Assembly (NCBI RefSeq): GCF_006345805.1
Contig: NC_043008.1
Span: forward strand, 70,804,001 to 70,868,000
From: Octopus sinensis
Taxonomy: Eukaryota
DNA: 64,000 nt
Direction: 5' to 3'
The number at the start of each line of letters is the position of its first letter. Within the stretch, counting starts at the first letter, position 1. Position numbers and translations under genes: made by a program. Of this stretch, positions 55,539-64,000 are shown piece by piece. The notes under the pieces were generated by a model. The model worked only from the letters and a program-made list of their open reading frames with translations, searched no databases and was not told the origin of the DNA.

Positions 55539-56559
55539 TAATCAATATCATACTTTGATAGCAGTAGCAATAACAATTATGAAAATAATAATAATAACAT
55601 TATCATTAATAATAATAAGCGTGGTTGATGTATGAAGAAAAAGCTATCTCAAATTTGATCGAAGTTCATTGTGAACATTGCAAATCTAAAGGAAAACATT
55701 GAATGTGAATTGATAAAATGTTGTTATTCACGATAAGATTTCACGAAAAAAAAAGTAGTAAATGTCACCCAAATACTCCTCCTTCATAACGAAGGCCGTT
55801 CTTTTTAAGGCACTTCCGTCTCTCTCTAAAATAATTGTTAAAATAATGCGTTATATTAGATTACAATTGTTTCCCTGAAAAACAGCCAGCATTTCATTCC
55901 AATCACTGTTGTTATATTGATAGGATAAGATCCGGTTTTATCCGGTGTATCTTTTCATTCAAACTACACATCATTCCCGGATATGGAGTATTTTTCTAGT
56001 TCACTCTCCTCTCCTCTGTCTTTCGCTCACACGGTTTTTATATCTATTTTTTCGCAATCTCTCTCACACTTACATGCGCATTCACTCTTTTTAAAAATTC
56101 ATAAAATTAAAAAAACGTCTATTGTTTCGGTTACAAATATATTTTCATAATTTTTTTTTACATTAACGGCACATCATTGTAACGACAGTAGCAACAGGAG
56201 AGTCAGAAACCCACCACCACCAACAACAAGAACAATAACAAGAACAACAACAACAAGAACAACAACATCATCCACAACATGAATAACTTCAACAAGAAGG
56301 AAAAGAACAGCAACAATGAAAACATTAATTTGATTATTTTAATAATAATTTCTTTATGAGGAGGCACAAGGCCAATTTTCGCACGAAAATGGTTCCAGTA
56401 GATTGAATTTTCAACGAAGCTGGCTGATAGCAGAGGAAATAATGTGTTTGTTTGGTATCTTCCTGCTTCGTTTCATTTAGAGATTTGCCGTAAGTCGTAG
56501 AATTTTAAAAATGTATTCCATAAAGTCGAAAGCAACAGTATAATGAGAATGAAGAACTT

Positions 56560-56764
56560 GTTTTGATGATGGTATCGGTGATGGGAATAATGATGATGAT
56601 GATGATGATGGTGTTGATGGTGATGATGATGATGATGATGGTAATGATAATGATAAAGTTGGTGCTACTCTTGATGGTGGGGGAACATGATAAAGTTAAT
56701 AGTAATAATGATGATGCTAATAATAACAATGATAATAATGATAATAATAATAATAATAATAATA

Positions 56765-56799
<35 letters not shown>

Positions 56800-56897
56800 T
56801 GATAAAAATTGTCAAGATTTGAGGATGTTACAAAGACATTACAATCTGCATGGGACGTAATAGAAAATCGGATGGTTAACAATGATGATGAAGATAT

Positions 56898-56963
<66 letters not shown>

Positions 56964-57344
56964 CGACGACGACGATTGTGAGGATGATAGAACTGCTGGT
57001 GGTTGTGACAGTGATGATTATCATCGTGATAACGGCGGGTATGAAGATGACGGTGATGACGACGTTGATGATGAGGATAACGTCGACTATATGTTGTGAC
57101 GATGATGACAATGATGATGCTGGCAATGATGATGATGATTACCACGACGATGAAGATGATGAGGATAGTGATGATAATGATGATGATGATGATGATCATG
57201 ATGATGATCATGATGATCATGATCATGATGATGATGAAGATGAGGAGGAGGATAATGAAGATGAAGTCGAAGCTGATGGATGCTACTACTAGTGCTGCTA
57301 CTGATGATGATGATGACGACAACGATGATGATAATGATGATGAC

Positions 57345-57399
<55 letters not shown>

Positions 57400-57440
57400 G
57401 TGATGTTGGTGGTGATGATGGAAATGGCAATGATGATTGA
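56560..57440. repeat. Long imperfect (GAT)/(GAC)/(AAT) triplet-repeat field
   Basis: Direct read; source of the poly-D/M/I/H ORFs. Confidence 0.95.
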
Positions 57441-58601
57441 TAATAAAGGTGAGGGTGGTATAGAATATTTCATGCTATCACCTGAGAGTTTCTAAAAGAA
57501 AAATAAACGAAAAACAGAAAAGAGAATTATGAGATAATAAGAATAAAGAACTCTTTGGTTTTCGAAAATTTAACTGATAATTACATCTATACACATATAC
57601 ACACACAAACACATTCTTGCATATGCGAAAACGCAAAAAAAGAAAGAAAAATGAAAGAATAACAGAAATGTATTAAAAACCAAGAACTAAAGAAATGAAA
57701 AATTGTGAATGAAGAAAAAAATCATACAGTTTATGATTTTTTCAATATTTTTCGAAGTAAATTTGGAACAAGACGCCATATAAGTGTTTTAAATATTAAT
57801 ATAGGAATAAAAATAATAAGATTGCTGTGAGAAACACTTTAAAAAATTATTTTTTACGTTGTTTGTTTATAAGCAAATCAGACTTCATATAAAAATGGTT
57901 TTCACTCTTTGATATCTAGACGTACTAAAACAAACGTGGTAAGTTACTAAGGAACTTGACACGTATTTAATTTGTATACTCTCTGCTATGCAGGTTCGAA
58001 TCTTCCTAGTGTAAATGTAACTTAACACCCTGTGTATATTACTCACCTGCAAGTTTGCAGCGTTTTATCAAGTGATTTACGTGGAAAGGGATATGAATGA
58101 TTTACAAAATCATTAATCAACTAATTTAACTCGGTATTGATTCTTACAATAAGAGCACAATGGCCTCTAACGCAAAAACAACCCAACAAATAATAAAATC
58201 ATAATAGAAAACATTAATTTAGTATCAGTTACCTCACTTCTCTTGTATGAATGATAGTAATGTCTCACACATGAAAATATCACAACATTGCATTTACCTT
58301 TTTACCGAAAACGAAAGGAACATCGATTATAATTTGAGGATGAAGCAAAAATACAGCTAACCAAAATTAATGTGGCGTACTTTATGAATAGCTTTCCCTT
58401 GTATTTTCACTAAGTCTATCAAACTATAAGTTATTGTTCAGCCCTTGATCAGCCCGGAATCAATATACCTATAATCAAACATGTCACATTTGAACATCAC
58501 GTCTTTACTTAAGAAGACTGGATGTAATGAATGGGTGATTAGACATGTATTTCAAGTATTGCACGCAACCACTCATGGACAGGCGAAACAACTCACCTTA
58601 C

Positions 58602-58718
58602 CTAACTTTCAGAAACGACGGACATCGATGTTTTGTCATTTTGACTGACCTTCAGGTGTTTTAGCACATGGTGATTTGAGAGAGTCGAATCTGTGTCGAA
58701 TCGCGGCCGACCGGCGAA
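58602..58718 (-). other. Candidate exon (possible 5'UTR plus start codon)
   Basis: Acceptor tatgtcctttgctag, CpG-rich body, aaaATG at 58639 reading MTKHRCPSFLKV, donor AG|GTAAG at 58601 with a second GTGAGT 5 nt further. No homology recognised. Confidence 0.3.
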
Positions 58719-59544
58719 CTAGCAAAGGACATACATAGAGTATGTGTGTTCGATATTGTTTACAACAGTCGAGATGCTTCAGAACGTAGGTTTCATGTAA
58801 CTCTTGAAACTTCATTGAGATGAAAACAAAGAAAACAATGGAGATAGACATATATTTTATTTGAATATTCTACGCACTTACGTCGTAAAGCAGACCTAAG
58901 TTATCATATGAAGGGTTATTTTGGAGAAAAGAAATTCAAGGGAGAGAGAATGAAAAGAAAAATGGGTTCTTCACAATTTTTTCTAGTATATTTTATATTT
59001 AAAATATCAATACTTATCTAAATAAGACTCACAATGTACACACAAACTCTCACAAGAACACTTACAGACACACTTATATATACACATATACACATACATG
59101 TAGCAAAACTGGATAGTTTGTTCATAAATCCATTATCTGATGTTATAAATATATCTATAGCCTATATACCACAAAGCGCATTCTTTCTTTGTCTTCCTTT
59201 AATTTTTGTACCCCTCTCTTTCCGATTTGTATCTATAACTCAAACTTCCATCTATTCTAGATTGGATCATGTTGATACAAGCTGATAATTCCCTTAAACA
59301 TACAACATTTTGTTGGAATACTTGGTCCCATCAAAGTTAATTTCAGGAGTAATCATTCAGTCTTTCGAACAGTTGAATGCTCCTCGACGGTGCAATGCAT
59401 CCTTATATTGATAATTTAAATGACACAAATATATATCTGCGTTGATTTAATTGAAGCAAGCACTAATGAACCGGAAGTGATGCAGTGTCGGAAAAACATG
59501 TGCAAACGTAGTTTCGATTCAAAAACAAATTATTTTAGCCACTA

Positions 59545-59753
59545 TACGGTGGGGTGTTAAAAAGTTCCCGGATTTGAGTTAAAGAAAACACAGAAGGATC
59601 AGTTAATCATGATTATCCCCTCTCAGATATACACACTAATTGCAACGGTCCTTCAGGTTTTCTAAACCCTGAAAAATGATTCGGGAGTTCTGGCCTCCAA
59701 CCAGCCCTTTAGCGATATCCTTAAAGCCAGGAACTTTTCAGATCTCTCTCGTA
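59545..59753 (-). mobile_element. Mariner-derived MITE with both TIRs and TA flanks
   Basis: tacggtggggtgttaaaaagttcccgg ... ccaggaacttttcagatctctctcgta; homolog of 24871-25081. Confidence 0.85.
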
Positions 59754-60197
59754 TATTTTGTGCTTTCTTTTATCCACTAATATTTGCAAAATGAGTTTCC
59801 GCCATGGTTTCTCTTGTTGTTTACAGCCCCTGGTAATTCTTTGGTTTATTTATTTGTAAATCATTCCTTACATATGACGTGTCAAATGTTAATTATCTAA
59901 TTAACATAATATATATTCATAATAACGATGATTAAAATTTGACACATCATTTCAAATGAATGATTAACAAATAAACAAACCAATCAACATACACACATAC
60001 ACCACCCGCACACATACACTCATACATCCGCAGACATACACACATACACCCAGACACATACACACATGCACTTACCCATATATATATATATATCCATATA
60101 TTTATAGACAGATGTAGATACATAGGTATGTTGTTTGTAGCGCCAGAGATTTTCCGACCCAACATGTGATCAAAGTTATTTCAGTCGTGATCACGTC

Positions 60198-60227
<30 letters not shown>

Positions 60228-60232
<5 letters not shown>

Positions 60233-60380
60233 TCTCTCCTTGTTTCTTTCTGTGTTCCTTTCTGTGGAAGGGCGTAGCCTCGAAACGTTAAAGACTTTTT
60301 CACTTCTCGAACGTTAAACTAATACATCTGTTTTTTGTCTACACCACCTGCCTTCGTCTTTATTTTGTGAATTCTGCCTT
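60228..60380 (+). mobile_element. Third copy of the (TA)n-flanked ~170-bp repeat
   Basis: ttctctccttgtttc...ctgtggaagggcgtagcctcgaaacgttaaagac...taatacatctg...tacaccacctg. Confidence 0.75.
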
Positions 60381-61264
60381 ATATATATATATATGCATTT
60401 GTGTATATATAGAAAATAAGACAAGGTTGAAAATGCTAAAATAATTTTATCATGAAATACATTTTGTAAAGTTTAGTACCGGTTCCAGTCTTTTCGACGT
60501 TTTCCACGAAGAGTAAAATAAGACAGACAGTTAAATTGAAGAAAATACTAAATGGAATGTTTTGTAAATACTTCCATAGACTTCAAATAAGTAAGACATT
60601 TTCCTTGTTTCTGTATCTCTCTCTTTTCTTTTGTGAATGCTCGGTAGGTAGTAGTAGATCTGAAGGAATCGTATCTATGTGTGCAGAGAAATGTTTGGTT
60701 TTGGAATTTGATCATTTAAGCTGCCGCAGCAGCCCAGGGAGGAGAGAGTGAAGAAGGAGAAGGAGAAGGGAAATAAGAAGAATAAGTAGAAAAAGAACAG
60801 GAAGAAGAAGAAAGAATAGAAAAGACGTGAGTGGTGGGAACCAGTAGTAGAGCTGTCCGTGGAATCTACTTTAGTGATCAAGTGACCTAAAAGGGACGTA
60901 TTGTGGTTGTAGCAGTAGTGGTAGGAACTGTTCTAAAGAAATTCATGAGTAGTGGCTGCTCTTATCTATCGTTTGCGTGGATATTATCATAAGATGGTTG
61001 TAACAGTGTCATCTGTGGTAGAGGTATTCAAAAGTTATATATGTATATATATATATATATATATATAGCTAAGGCATGTGCACTACTTGCGTTTAAGAAT
61101 GTAAGGGCTGCGTTGGGTGAGACTTGAGGGCTATTTATAGAAGTTTGGCAAATCACATGGGGAGTATATTGCTAATTAAGCTGTTGAGTAGTTAATTATC
61201 TATTGAATGGAATCTAATTTCGAGCTTGATACTGTGAACCAGCTGCAGTTATATCAATAATATT

Positions 61265-61480
61265 AGTGGCGATGGTAGTGAATTGGAAAAATGGTGAAAA
61301 CACCGGTTTAGTATTCAATGCTTCGATCATTCCTGTACTTTACATTCTGAGTTCAAATACTGCATAGGTCACATCTATTTTCTATTCATCGGGAGTCAAA
61401 AAACATTAAATATTAATAAAGTAGTTACTTTGGAGACGTCGGTTAACACCCGTCCCTGCAGAACCAATGGTGCCTTGTAT
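61265..61480 (+). mobile_element. Degraded SINE family A
   Basis: ttacattctgagttcaaatac B-box region and ttcatcgggagtcaa core remnant. Confidence 0.55.
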
Positions 61481-63071
61481 CTACATACAAACGATAAAGA
61501 TATAGCTGCATTTTTCTTCTCATAATATCATATAAAGCAACATCTCTTCGTTTTCTACTTCTACCATAGCCAAATAGTTAAGAAACTTCCTTTTGTGTGC
61601 TCGTCTTTGAATGTTCAGTCCTACAACGCAGCACTTCTAGTATTAAATCAGGTCGACCTAAGTCTTGTAAATGGAACTTAGCAGATGATAACTGTACGGG
61701 TGAGAGGCAGGATTAATACGTTTACCACCCACTATCATCAGTTCCTGTCAATTTGATGTCCAAAATCTCTTAGATTTTCGATACATCTAAATATATGTGC
61801 AGCATTTTTTATTACGGCAACGTATGCTTTGTGACTACTTCCACCTTTACACTCAAAAGAAACTTGGACATCTTGCAAAACTGTCATGTAGGCTGTCATA
61901 ACACCTCAGAAAAACTACACTAAAGAAAACCCATCAAACAAAATGTTCTAAGACCAAAACTAAACACTATCTCATGTTACATAGATATTCTAGGTATCAA
62001 AAAAATAGAGGCCACATTTTTACATTTTCATACATAGCTTTCGCAACAATTTAATATTGGGGAAATATATTCTCAAGAACTTCCTACGATAGGTTTTGAA
62101 ATAGAAAGAAAAATGCAGGCTTCATTCTTTGAAAAAAAACTTATTTCATTACGTGCAAAAACCTTTAAATTTAAAGAACCTTTAAAGTTCACGTGAACTT
62201 TGTGCGTCGATAAATTCTAGTTTAAAGTATTTTAACATTTGTCGACAATTGTCGACAATTCGTCGTCAGATTTGGGAAAACTATTATCATTGTTAAGCAC
62301 GCACACACACACACAATCAAACAAACACACACACACACACAGACATGTATATATATATATACATGTATATAAACATACATGTATATATATATATGTATAT
62401 ATAGGCATGTATATATATATATGTATATATATGTATATATATACATATATATAGCTATATATGTATATATATTTATATAGCTACATATATATGCATATAT
62501 ATATATGTATATATATTTACATATATATATATATATGAGGATGTATATATATACATATGTATATATATATGTGTATGTATATATGTATATATATATGTAT
62601 ATATATATTATATGTATGTATATGCGTATATATGTGCACGTGTTTGTATGAATGCATGTAGGTATCAATGCATATATATATATATTTCAGTTTATTCATT
62701 AGCCGTATGTTTCATCTCATTAGTCTTATGTTTCTATTCATTATTTTTAACTTACAATCCATTAATCTCCTGTTTCGAGACAATCAGTATCTCATCTTCA
62801 AATCCAATCATTGTAAAGTGGTGTAACCCCGCGTGTTCTACATTTACCGAAACGCAAACATGTTATATACATGTGAATATAAACTCATGCATATACATAC
62901 ATATCCACCTACCCCACCATCATCCCACACATAGCGTCATTCAGGGAGTTTATTATGGGAAACAAATATACGGTATATAACGAAAATAGACAAAAAGTCC
63001 TTAATAACAGAAATGAAATAGGAACATCACCGTGTATACGTTTGAAAGAAATGCCGTTCCCCAGTAGAAAG

Positions 63072-63166
<95 letters not shown>

Positions 63167-63177
63167 ATTATATATAT

Positions 63178-63568
63178 ACTCTTTTACTCTTTTACTTGTT
63201 TCAGTCAGTTGACTGCGGCATGCTGGAGCACCGCCTTTAGTCGAGCAAATCGACCCCAGAACTTATTCTTTGTAAACCCAGTACTTATTCTATCGGCCTC
63301 TTTTGCCGAACCGCTAAGTTACGCGGACATAAACACACCAGCATCGGTTGTCAAGCAATGCTAGGGGGACAAACACAGACACACAAACATACACGCACAC
63401 ATATATACATATATACATATATACGACGGGCTTCTTTCAGTTTCCGTCTACCAAATCCACTCACAAGGCTTTGGTCGGCTCGAAGGTATAGTAGAAGATA
63501 GTTGCCCAAGCTTGAACCCGAAACATGTTGTTGGTAAGCAGGGTACTTGCCACACACACACTCCTGCG

Positions 63569-63571
<3 letters not shown>
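63178..63571 (-). mobile_element. Near full-length SINE family B
   Basis: Reverse complement of the 37355-37815 element, ending ...cacacactcctgcgcct. Confidence 0.9.
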
Positions 63572-63607
<36 letters not shown>

Positions 63608-63928
63608 ATTAATACCGAGAGGCAGTTTGGTTTATTCGCCGAATTTACTGTGGGATAGTATTTAGGGAGACTGCTGAATTGCTACCTCGCAGAAAATTCG
63701 CAAAGATATATATGCCTTGCATTGTAAACATCTTCAGTCTCCTCCCTGGGAGCGCCTGCATAAATGTCGAAGGTCTTTTTCTCACCTATTTAACAAAGCA
63801 CGTATACGTGTGTGTGCGACTGATAATGTTTACATTATCAATGTTTACATATCTATCTATCTATCTATCTAGCTATTTATCTCTCCTCCTTCTCTCTCTC
63901 TCTGTATATATATATATATATATATATA

Positions 63929-63970
<42 letters not shown>

Positions 63971-64000
63971 CGTGCGTGTGTGTGTGTGTGTGTGAACACT

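Overview
AT-rich (roughly two-thirds A+T) eukaryotic DNA crowded with microsatellites and decayed transposons. The SINE, MITE and (TA)n-flanked repeat families look like those of a coleoid cephalopod, probably Octopus; this rests on my recognition of the repeats, not a database search. I found no intact, recognisable protein-coding gene, rRNA, true tRNA gene or CRISPR array, and nearly all ORF-track entries are translated microsatellites. Supported content: decayed RTE LINE, two Penelope-like and probable Gypsy/pogo remnants; about 30 tRNA-derived SINE copies; mariner, hAT and Helentron-type non-autonomous elements; and recent microsatellite-bounded tandem duplications (827 bp x2, ~526 bp x3). 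The best leads are (i) an atypical minimal hammerhead-ribozyme-like fold in three copies of a (TA)n-flanked repeat, (ii) inverted SINE pairs and a 40-bp near-perfect foldback that could form long dsRNA (possible ADAR substrates), and (iii) a few isolated exon-like islands, including a 21-nt microexon candidate, suggesting the window may lie inside a long-intron gene. All exon calls are low confidence.
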